Assembly: GCA_045545665.1 (NCBI GenBank)
Contig: JAZQBL010000037.1
Location: 6,389 to 70,388 of the forward strand
Length of the DNA stretch: 64,000 nt
Reading direction: 5' to 3'
Source of the DNA: Eubacteriales bacterium
GTDB lineage: Bacteria > Bacillota > Clostridia > Oscillospirales > CAG-272
A model generated the notes under the pieces. It saw only the letters and a list, made by a program, of their open reading frames with translations. It was not told where the DNA came from and did no database searches. The number at the start of each line of letters is the position of its first letter. The stretch's first letter is position 1. A program made the translations under genes and the position numbers. This document shows, in pieces, positions 18,423-28,176 of the stretch.

Positions 18423-19964
18423 CTATACTCTTTTTTTCGCTTTGGGTATAAGTATCACTTTTTTATTTGATCCTTCGGCGTAAGTACCGTTTGCCTTTTG
18501 CAGATCGTTTGCAAAAACGCCGTATTTTTTGGCAACGTCCCACAGTGTTTCTTCCTGCGTCGGATAGTAAAGGGTAAAGGCGGACGGGGCGTCTTTTTGA
18601 CATTTTTCAGTGAACTCCGCCGTATCGACGACAGAGGCGGTGTTTTTCTCGCACACCATCGCATCGACGTATATTTCAGCATCGGCAAAGCATCTTTCAC
18701 CGTCACATCTTATCTTTACGTCCGTGCATTTACAACACGATGTGCAGACCTCGTTTGCGGACTTAAAAGGCGAATCAAGCTCACCTTTAAACGGTAACAA
18801 AAATCTCACGCAATCGTATTCTTCATCGCCGTATACGACAGTTATCTCGGCACTGCCCGAGCACTCAAGCTTTCCTGTGCAAACGGAAACGCTGCAGTCT
18901 TCTATATTTCCCGATGCAAAAAGCACAGCCCCGTCTATCTTTTGTGCGATATCCTGCGGTATTTCGTAATTTATACTGAAATTCCCTTTGACAGTTGACA
19001 CGTTGCTTTCAACTGATATATCCTTTCTTTTTACGTCACAGCCGCAGGATACACAGTAAACGTCGGAAACCGCTGCTGTGACACCTTCGTTTTTGCACGT
19101 AAGCTTTATATCGTATAAAAAGTCAAGCTCTATTACTCTTTTTTCACCCTGTGTATCCTCAGCTACCGAGGCTGTTATATCATAAATTACCGTCTTACCG
19201 GTACATACGCTGTTTTCTGTTATTTCACCGCAGTTTACCATATGCGAAAGCATGACCGACACAGGCAGAACGAATGCCTGCGGTGTTTCTTTATCGGACG
19301 GTGTTTCGTATATAACAAAGCCTTTTGCTTCGGTTCTCACGTTTGCTTTTCCGTTTTCAACGCTTATTTCGGATGCAAGCGGCACAAGTGACACAAGCAC
19401 GACTCTTTCCGCTTGAGGCGCTCGATCGGGAATTATGATATCCTCCGACATTCCTATACCGTTTTCCGTACACACGAACGTATCGGACAGCTTTATTTCA
19501 CTTGTCTTTTTCTGTATATTTTCTTCATTTACGTCAACGCCGCCGTAAACGGGCTGTATGCTTTCTTCAGCGTAAACGTCGGCAGAAGCTTTTATTTTTG
19601 CTTTTAACGTAAGCTTACGTGGATCTGCCGCGCGCACCGTTATGCTCTCTTCTTCAAGTGAAATATCGCATATACTTCCGCTTTCCTCCGTGTTTATACT
19701 GTCGTGAAGCTCCGTCTTCATCTCCGCATACTGCAAGGTTTTGTCCTCGCCCCGATAAAGCACACCGCAGCACACGTTTCCGTCGTATTCTATCTTATCG
19801 TCCGAAACGTACACCTCTGTATTTCTTGTGCAGGGAAAAACGTGAAGCACTCTTTTTATGTCGGGATAATAGTCGGGCAAGGTATACTCGCACGACACCT
19901 CCGTACGGTTGTTTTTTGAAAGCGCTTTTTTCATCAGCTTGCTTTCTTCGTTTATTTTTTTCAT
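18423..19964 (-). CDS. DUF3794 domain protein with C-terminal LysM (sporulation-associated type)
   Basis: The N-terminal YTLPDYYPDIKRVL motif is typical of DUF3794. The C-terminus is LysM-like (YYPTQEETLWDVAKKYGVFANDLQKANG). Confidence 0.6.
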   Translation of the reverse strand: MKKINEESKLMKKALSKNNRTEVSCEYTLPDYYPDIKRVLHVFPCTRNTEVYVSDDKIEYDGNVCCGVLYRGEDKTLQYAEMKTELHDSINTEESGSICDISLEEESITVRAADPRKLTLKAKIKASADVYAEESIQPVYGGVDVNEENIQKKTSEIKLSDTFVCTENGIGMSEDIIIPDRAPQAERVVLVSLVPLASEISVENGKANVRTEAKGFVIYETPSDKETPQAFVLPVSVMLSHMVNCGEITENSVCTGKTVIYDITASVAEDTQGEKRVIELDFLYDIKLTCKNEGVTAAVSDVYCVSCGCDVKRKDISVESNVSTVKGNFSINYEIPQDIAQKIDGAVLFASGNIEDCSVSVCTGKLECSGSAEITVVYGDEEYDCVRFLLPFKGELDSPFKSANEVCTSCCKCTDVKIRCDGERCFADAEIYVDAMVCEKNTASVVDTAEFTEKCQKDAPSAFTLYYPTQEETLWDVAKKYGVFANDLQKANGTYAEGSNKKVILIPKAKKRV

Positions 19965-20020
19965 ATTCGTTTACACACCTTTCTGAAGCTCTTGTACAGT
20001 ATATTAAGGCAGATAAAAAG

Positions 20021-20716
20021 TTATGAATAAAGTCCGTTTTCTTTCATTCTTTTTTTGATTTTTGCAAGAGATGCCTTCTCTATTCTCGAAACGTAAGAAC
20101 GTGATATACCGAGCATTTCGGCGACTTCCCTCTGCGTTTTCGGCACCTTGCCCGTAAGACCGTACCGCAGTATTATTATTTCTTTTTCTCTTTTATCAAG
20201 TGCGCTGTTAAGTGAAGATAAAACGTTTTGAAGCTGTATTTTTCTGTCAAGATCCTCGGCTATAGTATCCGGTACGCTTATTATATCGGAATACGTCAGC
20301 GGATTTCCTTCCTTATCCGTATCGAGAACTTCGTTTATTGATATCTCGTTACGCAGTTTTTTACGGCTTCTGAAGTGCATAAGTATTTCATTTTGCAAGC
20401 ATTTTCCCGCATACGTTGCAAAGCGGGTGCCTGTTTCGGGCTTGAAGCTGTCTATCGCTTTTATAAGCCCTATCGTGCCTATTGATATCAGATCGTCATA
20501 ATTTTTTGAAAGAGTACAGTATTTTTTAACGATGTGCGCAACAAGGCGCATATTGTGATTTATAAGCTTTTCCCTTGCATACATATCACCGTTTTTCATT
20601 TTTTCAAAGCATTCCTTTTCCTCTTTCTGAGAAAGCGGCGGCGGATATATCTCGCTGTCGCTCACCTTTAAAAAAGCGAAAAAAAAGTTGTATATAAACG
20701 CAAAAAAACCACCCAC
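20021..20716 (-). CDS. sigK: Sporulation sigma factor pro-sigma-K
   Basis: YPPPLSQKEE...NMRLVAHIVKKY...DLISIGTIGLIKAIDSF...ATYAGKCLQNEILMHFR fits SigK. A hydrophobic pro-sequence is present. GTG at 20716 with GGAGGAG 7 nt upstream is preferred over the track start. The ORF is uninterrupted. Confidence 0.85.
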   Translation of the reverse strand: MGGFFAFIYNFFFAFLKVSDSEIYPPPLSQKEEKECFEKMKNGDMYAREKLINHNMRLVAHIVKKYCTLSKNYDDLISIGTIGLIKAIDSFKPETGTRFATYAGKCLQNEILMHFRSRKKLRNEISINEVLDTDKEGNPLTYSDIISVPDTIAEDLDRKIQLQNVLSSLNSALDKREKEIIILRYGLTGKVPKTQREVAEMLGISRSYVSRIEKASLAKIKKRMKENGLYS

Positions 20717-20835
20717 GGACAAGCTCCTCCATTCATATTTTTTTAACAAGTTGTTACCCGTAGCGATACAATAAGAGTATACAATAATGATTATGAATGT
20801 CACTATTTTTATAGAACAATGGGATTGATAATAAA

Positions 20836-21720
20836 ATGAAGGTTGCAGTAATAGATATCGGTTCGAATACGGTAAAAATGGACGTATTCAACGTAAACGG
20901 AAAAGAATTTTCCCTTATTTCGTCAAAAAGCGAAAAAGGCGCTCTTGTAAAATACAGAAAAGATTCCCGGCTTACGGAAGAGGGCTTTGCGATTTTACAC
21001 ACCCTGCTTGAAAAATATATAACACAAGCCGCATCGTCCGGTTGTGAAAAAACGTATGTTTTTGCAACCCAAAGCCTGCGTAACATAGAAAACGCAGACG
21101 ACGTATGCGAAAGAATAAAAACCGCCCTGGGCGTTCACATTGACATAATAAGCGGAAAAGAGGAGGCTCTTTACAGCTTTTACGCTTTGGCAAGCGGATG
21201 TAAGGAAACCGACGAGGGGATAATGGCGGATATGGGCGGCGGCTCACTCGAGCTTGCAGACTTTTCAAACAAAAAATACATAAGCCTTTGCAGTGTGCCG
21301 CTCGGTGCGTTACACGTCAAAGAAACTCTCGGCATCGGTATGATACCGAGTGATACCGACGAAGAAAAAATAAGAAATTACGTATCCGACGTCTTAAAAG
21401 ACGTACCGACGAAAAATATGGATACCGTATTTATGATCGGCGGTACGGCACGCACAGCATTTTCCATTTGCTTCGAAGGAAAAACGGAAGTGTCGCTTGC
21501 GGACGCCGAAAAAGCATATTCGATACTGTCAGCCTCGAAAGAAAAAACATTTAAGCTTTTATCTGCAAAAGCGTCAAAACGTGCCGACAATTTTATGACG
21601 GGATTTTACGTATTCATCACCCTTTGCAAGCATTTCGGCGCAAGCAAGCTCGCTCTTTGCAAAGCAAGCGTACGTGACGGATATTTGGCACACGCACTAA
21701 AAAAAGAAGACGTTGAATGA
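20836..21720 (+). CDS. Ppx/GppA-family phosphatase
   Basis: The N-terminus VAVIDIGSNTVKMDVF and the later MGGGSLEL are ASKHA-fold phosphate-binding motifs. Confidence 0.7.
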   Translation: MKVAVIDIGSNTVKMDVFNVNGKEFSLISSKSEKGALVKYRKDSRLTEEGFAILHTLLEKYITQAASSGCEKTYVFATQSLRNIENADDVCERIKTALGVHIDIISGKEEALYSFYALASGCKETDEGIMADMGGGSLELADFSNKKYISLCSVPLGALHVKETLGIGMIPSDTDEEKIRNYVSDVLKDVPTKNMDTVFMIGGTARTAFSICFEGKTEVSLADAEKAYSILSASKEKTFKLLSAKASKRADNFMTGFYVFITLCKHFGASKLALCKASVRDGYLAHALKKEDVE

Positions 21721-22412
21721 TGAAAAAAATTTTCTGTAAAACAAAGGCGGTCGTTTTCGCCGTTTTATTAACACTTATATTCTCCTCGTGCTCCGACGGG
21801 CTGTCGGGACTTTTCGGAGTTGACAACGCCGATTACTCAAATGAAAGCACGATAAAAACTCACCAAACAGAGTCTGAAATATCACAGCAGCTTGAATCGG
21901 TCTGCTCTGTGCTTACCTTCGGCACAGGTGACATCGTTTGCTTTTCAAACTTCAATGACGTATGGCAGCAGTATTCCGACACTGTTCTCTGCTATCTTGC
22001 AGGCACGTATTTTGAAAAATATTCCGCCGACGACGAGATGTTCACCCTGCTTGCGGAAAATTATCCCGAGCTTAGCGTAAACACCCTCATTCCGGCATCG
22101 GATTTTGAAAACACAGTATACAGGCTTTTCGGCGGAAATACGCATATGAAGCACAAAAGCACGTCACGCTTTTCGTATCTTGACAAGATCAGCGCGTATA
22201 TTTCAACGGGAAAGACCGTTACGGAATACACGGACGTCCGCATACTGTCGCTTTTTGAAACACAAAACACTTACCGTGCCGTCGTTCGCTTTTCTCAGGA
22301 CGGTTTTGCATTTCCTTCCGATTATTCGGTGATATTCCGCAAAAGAGCAGACGGTGAGATACCGTATATCTATTCCGTAAAGGAAAGCGACAGCGTTACC
22401 GCTGACACGTAA
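21717..22412 (+). CDS. Hypothetical lipoprotein
   Basis: Signal peptide with a lipobox (IFSSCSDG). I recognise no family. Confidence 0.6.
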   Translation: MMKKIFCKTKAVVFAVLLTLIFSSCSDGLSGLFGVDNADYSNESTIKTHQTESEISQQLESVCSVLTFGTGDIVCFSNFNDVWQQYSDTVLCYLAGTYFEKYSADDEMFTLLAENYPELSVNTLIPASDFENTVYRLFGGNTHMKHKSTSRFSYLDKISAYISTGKTVTEYTDVRILSLFETQNTYRAVVRFSQDGFAFPSDYSVIFRKRADGEIPYIYSVKESDSVTADT

Positions 22413-22438
22413 AAAACAAAGATTAACGTGTAAAACTG

Positions 22439-22467
22439 TTGAAATATCGGTTATTTTATGATATAAT
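22439..22467 (+). promoter_or_regulatory. Near-consensus sigma-A promoter with no cognate gene, firing into the 3' end of the recombinase gene
   Basis: TTGAAA (22439-22444), 17-nt spacer, TATAAT (22462-22467) preceded by TG. Confidence 0.55.
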
Positions 22468-22527
22468 CAATACAGGGGTTTGCCCGTCATCTTTACAAAA
22501 AACAAAAGAGCCGTTTTAATAACAGCC

Positions 22528-23904
22528 CTACTTGATATTTTCCGTATAAAATATTTCAACGGAGTCATTTGTTATAACGATCTTTTCGATAAGCTCACGC
22601 AAAACGCTCTGCTTTTCCTCCACGGTCATAACGTCCCACACGCTTTGCAATGCGTTAAGCTTTTCAAGCTGTTGACGTGATTTCAAAGAGATGGTTCTGC
22701 TTTCTTTTTCGGTGAGTATTTCGCCGTCGATTTTTGAAATCTCTTCTTTCAGTCGGTTTATTTCCTCTAAAAGCACATCATCCTCGGCGTTCGAATAAAG
22801 CTCGTAAAGTCTTGAAAGTCTGCGGCGCAGTGAGGTTCTGGTCTTTTCAAGCACCTCAAGGACGTCTGTGCTGTCCTCTTGCGCTGTCTTTTCCTCGTAT
22901 TTCAAGGAAAACACGTCGTTTATTACTGTTTTTTCAAGCTCCTCGGCAGAAATGCGCACGTTGTCGCACTTTGCTCCTTTATGCAGATGAGTCTTTGAGC
23001 TGTCACGGGAATAACAGTATATTTTGTACTTACCGTCGCTCCATTTCTGATAGCGCATTTTTGCTCCGCACACACCGCATACAACGAGTCCCGACAGCAA
23101 CGCCTTTGACGTTCTCGTGTTTTTTCGTGCCCGTCTTTTCAATTCCTCCTGCACGGCGTAAAACACTTCTTCCGATACAAGCGGTTCGTGACAGCCCTTA
23201 TATTCGGTACCGTTGTACACGATATAACCGATATTCGTTTTTCTTTTTAGTATCTGTATTGCAAGCCTTTCGTATTTCAGTCCCGTCAGTTTTGCAATTT
23301 TCAACGTAGAATATCCCTGCAAATAAAGAGAATACACTTGACGCACGGTCTGTGCATCATCATTCGGAACAAGGATGCCCTTTGCTTTATCGTAATCGTA
23401 TCCAAACGGTATTTTACCTCCGCCGGGCCATAGTCCATTTTTGACCCTTTCTTTCTTACCGATGCTTGTACGTTCCTTTATCGTTTCCCTTTCAAGCTGT
23501 GCAAATGCCGACATTATACCGAGCATTGCCCGCCCGATAGGCGTTGAAGTGTCCATATTTTCACGAAGCGATACAAAACCCGTATCATTCGGTATCAGCA
23601 CGTCCTCAATGAGATAAAGCGTATCCTTCTGGCTTCTTGAAAGTCGGTCGAGCTTATATACGACAACATTTTCTATAATTCCGTTTTTTATATCGCTTAT
23701 AAGCCTTTTCATTTCGGGGCGTTCGATATTTGCCCCTGTATAGCCTCCGTCTATATAAAGATCGAAATCTTTTATTTCACGGCTTGCACAGTAACCCTCC
23801 AGCATCTGTATCTGCGCTTCGACTGAATACCCTTCTTCCATCTGTGCATCGGTGGATACACGTATATAAAGCGCTGTTTTACGCTTTTTCTTCGTGTTTG
23901 TCAT
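22528..23904 (-). CDS. Large serine recombinase (resolvase domain + recombinase domain + zinc ribbon + coiled coil)
   Basis: Has a catalytic-Ser motif (ALYIRVSTDAQ), VYKLDRLSRS, a zinc ribbon (CGVCGAKM...CYS...CDN) and a C-terminal coiled coil. The ATG at 23904 is preferred over the TTG at 23946. Confidence 0.85.
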   Translation of the reverse strand: MTNTKKKRKTALYIRVSTDAQMEEGYSVEAQIQMLEGYCASREIKDFDLYIDGGYTGANIERPEMKRLISDIKNGIIENVVVYKLDRLSRSQKDTLYLIEDVLIPNDTGFVSLRENMDTSTPIGRAMLGIMSAFAQLERETIKERTSIGKKERVKNGLWPGGGKIPFGYDYDKAKGILVPNDDAQTVRQVYSLYLQGYSTLKIAKLTGLKYERLAIQILKRKTNIGYIVYNGTEYKGCHEPLVSEEVFYAVQEELKRRARKNTRTSKALLSGLVVCGVCGAKMRYQKWSDGKYKIYCYSRDSSKTHLHKGAKCDNVRISAEELEKTVINDVFSLKYEEKTAQEDSTDVLEVLEKTRTSLRRRLSRLYELYSNAEDDVLLEEINRLKEEISKIDGEILTEKESRTISLKSRQQLEKLNALQSVWDVMTVEEKQSVLRELIEKIVITNDSVEIFYTENIK

Positions 23905-24037
23905 TTGTGTCGTATTCGTCGATAATTCGTTTCTTTGCGTTGTCAAGCGCCATGGTTATTTTGTCGGATGACACCGTTTTTGAAGATAATTCTCCGTATT
24001 CTATCGGTACGGAGCCGATATATCTTTTAACCGTCAT
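23879..24037 (-). CDS. 52-aa ORF overlapping the recombinase start (MTVKRYIGSVPIEYGELSSKTVSSDKITMALDNAKKRIIDEYDTNDKHEEKA)
   Basis: It is below the track's size cut-off. GGAGG lies 6 nt upstream of the ATG, and the stop TAA lies 26 nt inside the recombinase ORF. Confidence 0.45.
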   Translation of the reverse strand: MTVKRYIGSVPIEYGELSSKTVSSDKITMALDNAKKRIIDEYDTNDKHEEKA

Positions 24038-24111
24038 TTCAACCTCCGAATAAACTTTTAAAGTAATTTTTTCCGTTTGACGGTAATTTAATCAAAAAGG
24101 TCTGGTTTTAT

Positions 24112-25059
24112 ATGAAATTCAAACGTTACGCATCATTTATCTGTTTAATCGTTCTTTTGGCTTCAACCCTTGCCTCCTGCTCCTCCTCACAGGATACGTT
24201 CAACGATATAGACGACCCGACGTCAGCATCCACGTACAGCGTGACTGTATCGGATTATTCGGGAAACTCATACGTTTTGCAAAAAGCCCCCGAGGGAATA
24301 TACGTATCTTCCCCGAGTGCTGCCGAAACGCTCATTGCCTTAGGCTCTGCCCGTCTTATTCGTTCTTGCTCTGCGGAGTGTAAGGATCTGAAAGGAATAC
24401 CCTCAACTACCTCCGTATGCGGTACGTCCTTTGTAGCACCGAAGATGCTGAAAGACCTCGGAGTTGACACGGTTTTGTTTTCTTCCGAGGACAAATCGGT
24501 AAATGCAGAGGAATATAAGGAAGCAGGTCTTAAAGTATTTGTTTTTCTTGAAAAAGGAAAAATATCAACTGCCGAATCAAACATACGCCTTGCAGGTGCA
24601 ATAACCTTTAAAACGGATCTTGCAGAAGAAATAATAAAAGAGATCAGAAATGATATCGACGTTATACGCTCAATATCCGAAAACAAAGCATCAAAGCGTA
24701 CAGTCTATCTCGAATGCGGAAAACCCGACAGCTTTCTTGCATACACAGACAACTCTTTGGCAGGCGAACTTCTTTCGATCGCAGGCGGTGAAAACATATT
24801 CACCTCACAAGATGATACCGTAACGGCTGATATTGAAGTAATAAAAGAAAAAAATCCCGACGTTATAATAAGCTTTATAAACGATGAATCATATACAGCA
24901 AAGATAATACGCAAGCGTGAAGAACTTGAAAATATATCCGCTTGCAAAACAGGACTTGTTTACATATATGATAAAACATTTCCGGCAGTACGTCCCGCCC
25001 CGTCGGTATCCGATGCCCTTTATGAAATAGCAAAGCTTATAGGAACTGTGAAAAAATAA
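24112..25059 (+). CDS. ABC-transporter substrate-binding lipoprotein (siderophore/cobalamin-type periplasmic binding fold), orphan
   Basis: Lipobox (TLASCSSS). The overall pattern resembles class III binding proteins. No permease or ATPase gene is adjacent. Confidence 0.6.
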   Translation: MKFKRYASFICLIVLLASTLASCSSSQDTFNDIDDPTSASTYSVTVSDYSGNSYVLQKAPEGIYVSSPSAAETLIALGSARLIRSCSAECKDLKGIPSTTSVCGTSFVAPKMLKDLGVDTVLFSSEDKSVNAEEYKEAGLKVFVFLEKGKISTAESNIRLAGAITFKTDLAEEIIKEIRNDIDVIRSISENKASKRTVYLECGKPDSFLAYTDNSLAGELLSIAGGENIFTSQDDTVTADIEVIKEKNPDVIISFINDESYTAKIIRKREELENISACKTGLVYIYDKTFPAVRPAPSVSDALYEIAKLIGTVKK

Positions 25060-25100
25060 TTATTTTGTGCCGTCCACAGCGGCAGAATGGAGAAAATATC

Positions 25101-26018
25101 ATGAAAACAAGAATCGAAGAACACAAGAATTTCGGAAAAACACTCTTTATCGAACACGGCGATATAACCCTCGGCGTAACGGTCGATATAGGTCCGAGAG
25201 TTATCTATATGTCATACAAAGGCTGTGAAAACCTCTTTTACGAAGACACAGAGCGCAGAACACAGAAAAACGATCAGACGTACCGGGACAAATTCGGTAA
25301 GGACAGCGCGTGGTATCTTTACGGCGGTCACCGCATCTGGATGTCGCCCGAGGAATATCCCGCAACGTACGATGCGGACAACAACCCTGTTGACTACACG
25401 GTTGACGGCGAAACTGTCACCTTCACGCAAAAAGCTCACACAGGCAGCACGATCACTGCAACACTCAAGCTCGTATTTGAAAACGGCGGCATAACGGTTT
25501 ACAACACGATAAAGAACGTAACGGACAAAACGATAAACGGCGCGGTATGGGCGCTGTCCGTAATGGCACCCGGCGGTGTCGGCTTTGTAAAGCTCAACGA
25601 CAAGGACACGGGACTTTTGTCAAACAAAAAGCTCGTGCTTTGGCCCTACACGAAGCTCACAGATAAAAGACTTTACCTTTTCGACAAATATCTTGCAGTA
25701 AAGCAGGATGCCGCAGCAGGCTGTGATTTCAAAATAGCAACCGACAACGACAGCGGTGTCATCCACTATTACAAAGACGGCACGCTTTTCACGAAAGAAT
25801 TTGATATAGAAAAGGGTGCGGAATATCCCGACTGCGGCGTATACTGTGAATTCTTCACGGGCAATTATTTCTTCGAGCTTGAAAGTTTAAGTGCTCTGCA
25901 CGACATTCCCGCAAACTCAGAACTTACACACGTAGAGCGTTGGAGCTTGTCTGAATGTGGCAATTTGACTGAAATTACAGAGAAAAACATCGAAAATTTA
26001 TTAAAAATTACTAAATAA
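25101..26018 (+). CDS. Hypothetical cytoplasmic protein, possibly mutarotase-like/DUF4380
   Basis: 305 aa and beta-rich, with GGAGAA 7 nt before the ATG at 25101. The family guess is weak. Confidence 0.5.
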   Translation: MKTRIEEHKNFGKTLFIEHGDITLGVTVDIGPRVIYMSYKGCENLFYEDTERRTQKNDQTYRDKFGKDSAWYLYGGHRIWMSPEEYPATYDADNNPVDYTVDGETVTFTQKAHTGSTITATLKLVFENGGITVYNTIKNVTDKTINGAVWALSVMAPGGVGFVKLNDKDTGLLSNKKLVLWPYTKLTDKRLYLFDKYLAVKQDAAAGCDFKIATDNDSGVIHYYKDGTLFTKEFDIEKGAEYPDCGVYCEFFTGNYFFELESLSALHDIPANSELTHVERWSLSECGNLTEITEKNIENLLKITK

Positions 26019-26128
26019 TCAATAAAAATTCGTGAAAAACTATTGATTTTTTCACCCCATTATGGTATAGTGAAATTGCAAAATAAAGAGCCTGATATTT
26101 TGTAATTTCTCGTAAAGGTGGTTTTTAT

Positions 26129-26656
26129 ATGAAAACATTGATAGTGGCAAAACAACTTACCGTTACAGATGATCTGAAAGCGATCATTGAGAAGAAGCTT
26201 GAAAAATTCGATAAGTTCTTTAACGATAACGCTTCTGCCTCCGTTGTCCTTTCAAGAAAACGTGACAAAGAAATATTGGAGCTTACGATAACAGTCGGCG
26301 GCACTTTGTTCAGAGCTGAAGAAGAAAGCGATACGTTCAGAAACGCTCTGGACAACGCAGTTGATATAATCGAAAGACAGATAAGAAAAAATAAAACGCG
26401 CTTGCAAAGAAGACTGCGCGACGGATATTTTGACAAAGCGGTGTATGACGTTGAGGTTGACGAAGAGGACGACGCTCCCTTCAAGATAAGAGAAAAAACG
26501 TTCCCGTTTATGCCGATGTCCGTTGAAGAAGCGATACTCCAGATGAACCTTCTGGGTCATCAGTTCTTCGTATTCACAAATGCAGAAACAGAAAAGACGA
26601 ACGTCATATACAAGCGCAAGGACAACGACTACGGTCTTATAGTCCCCGAAGATTGA
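26129..26656 (+). CDS. hpf: Ribosome hibernation promoting factor (long HPF)
   Basis: Has an N-terminal S30AE domain (LTVTDDLKAIIEKKLEKFDKFF) and a C-terminal dimerisation domain (MSVEEAILQMNLLGHQFFVFTN...VIYKRKDNDYGLI). Confidence 0.9.
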   Translation: MKTLIVAKQLTVTDDLKAIIEKKLEKFDKFFNDNASASVVLSRKRDKEILELTITVGGTLFRAEEESDTFRNALDNAVDIIERQIRKNKTRLQRRLRDGYFDKAVYDVEVDEEDDAPFKIREKTFPFMPMSVEEAILQMNLLGHQFFVFTNAETEKTNVIYKRKDNDYGLIVPED

Positions 26657-26667
26657 TACTTTATCTT

Positions 26668-26704
26668 ATATAAAGCGGCAAAGCTTGCCGCTTTATATTT
26701 TTTG
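26668..26704 (+). terminator. Rho-independent terminator of hpf
   Basis: Hairpin AAAGCGGCAAGCTTGCCGCTTT followed by a T-rich tract. Confidence 0.75.
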
Positions 26705-26772
26705 TTGAATTCTATTGAAAAAAAAGAAAAACGTGGTATAATAATCATATAATAATTCAACAGGAGAATATT

Positions 26773-27918
26773 ATGGTAACAAACACAATAAAATATATAG
26801 GTGTCAACGATCACGAAATAGACCTTTTTGAAGGTCAGTATGACGTCCCGAACGGTATGGCGTATAACTCTTACCTTATCGAAGATAATAAGATTGCGGT
26901 AATGGATACAGTTGATGCACGTTTTACAGATGAATGGCTCGAAAACATAAAAAAAGCAACAGACAGAGATCCCGATTATCTCATCGTTCAGCATATGGAG
27001 CCCGACCATTCGGCTAATATAGACAAGTTCTTGTGTAAATACCCCTCCGCTGTCGTAGTATCAAACGATAAAGCGTTTGCAATGATGAAAAAGTTTTTTT
27101 CAAACGACTATCAGGACAGAAGGATCGTCGTAAAAGACGGTGATACCCTTGAACTTGGAAAGCACACCCTTTCCTTCCACACAGCACCTATGGTACACTG
27201 GCCCGAGGTAATGGTGACGTACGACAAAACGGACAAGGTACTTTTTTCCGCCGACGCTTTCGGCAAGTTCGGCGCACTTGATACAGAAGAAGATTGGGCG
27301 TGCGAGGCAAGACGTTACTATTTCGGCATCGTCGGCAAGTTCGGTGTTCAGGTTCAGGCAGCTCTTAAAAAGCTTTCAACGCTTGACATTGAAATAATAT
27401 GCCCCCTTCACGGTCCCGTGCTTTCGGAAAATCTCGGATACTATCTCGATCTCTATAACACCTGGTCATCATACGGTGTTGAAAGCGAAGGCGTACTCAT
27501 CTGCTACACTTCCGTTTACGGAAACACAAAAAAGGCAGTTGAGCTTCTTGAAGCAGAGCTTAAATCTCTCGGATGTGCAAAGGTTGCAGTAAACGATCTT
27601 GCAAGATGTGATATGGCGGAAGCTGTTGAAGACGCTTTCCGTTACGGAAAGATCGTTCTTGCCACAACAACGTACAACGGCGATATTTTCCCCTTTATGC
27701 GTGAGTTTATAAACGAGCTTACGGAAAGAAATTATCAGAAGCGTACCGTCGGTATAATCGAAAACGGAAGCTGGGCGCCCATTGCGGCAAAGAAAATAAA
27801 GCAAATGCTTGAAAACAGCAAGGATATCTCATTTACCGAAACGACAGTAACGATACATTCAGCTGTAAAGGACGAAAACAAAGAACAAATTAAAAATCTT
27901 GCAAAAGAGATAATATAA
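26773..27918 (+). CDS. Flavodiiron protein (FprA family: metallo-beta-lactamase-like diiron domain + flavodoxin domain)
   Basis: Diiron motif QHMEPDHS and a C-terminal flavodoxin-like domain ([12 protein letters not shown]). It is followed by rubredoxin. Confidence 0.8.
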   Translation: MVTNTIKYIGVNDHEIDLFEGQYDVPNGMAYNSYLIEDNKIAVMDTVDARFTDEWLENIKKATDRDPDYLIVQHMEPDHSANIDKFLCKYPSAVVVSNDKAFAMMKKFFSNDYQDRRIVVKDGDTLELGKHTLSFHTAPMVHWPEVMVTYDKTDKVLFSADAFGKFGALDTEEDWACEARRYYFGIVGKFGVQVQAALKKLSTLDIEIICPLHGPVLSENLGYYLDLYNTWSSYGVESEGVLICYTSVYGNTKKAVELLEAELKSLGCAKVAVNDLARCDMAEAVEDAFRYGKIVLATTTYNGDIFPFMREFINELTERNYQKRTVGIIENGSWAPIAAKKIKQMLENSKDISFTETTVTIHSAVKDENKEQIKNLAKEII

Positions 27919-27929
27919 GGAGAAAAACT

Positions 27930-28088
27930 ATGAAAAAATACGTATGTGAAATTTGCGGTTACGTTTACGACGAAGCAAACGGCGATCCCGACAACAACAT
28001 CGCTCCCGGAACGAAATGGGAAGATATCCCCGAAGATTGGGTATGTCCTCTTTGCGGTGTCGGCAAGGATCAGTTTTCCGAAGAATAA
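27930..28088 (+). CDS. Rubredoxin (52 aa)
   Basis: It is below the track cut-off. The sequence is [52 protein letters not shown] with two CxxC pairs. AAGGAG lies 8 nt upstream. Confidence 0.9.
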   Translation: MKKYVCEICGYVYDEANGDPDNNIAPGTKWEDIPEDWVCPLCGVGKDQFSEE

Positions 28089-28100
28089 TTTTCACCTACA

Positions 28101-28131
28101 GGGATCGGCATAAATAATCCGATCCCTTTTT
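28101..28131 (+). terminator. Rho-independent terminator
   Basis: Hairpin GGGATCGG...CCGATCCC followed by TTTTT. Confidence 0.75.
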
Positions 28132-28176
28132 CAAAACATCTGAAGTCTTTATTAATTTTGATTAACGGAGATAAAA

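Noticed and set aside
20021-23946. A skin-like intervening element in sigK, given a serine recombinase 1.7 kb away
   Set aside because: The sigK reading frame is continuous from the pro-sequence to region 4. Two unrelated intact genes lie between it and the recombinase.
26019-26128. raiA-motif RNA or another riboswitch upstream of hpf
   Set aside because: The spacer is only about 110 nt. It is explained by a TTGATT-17-TATAGT promoter and a short leader, which leaves too little room for that ~200-nt structured RNA.
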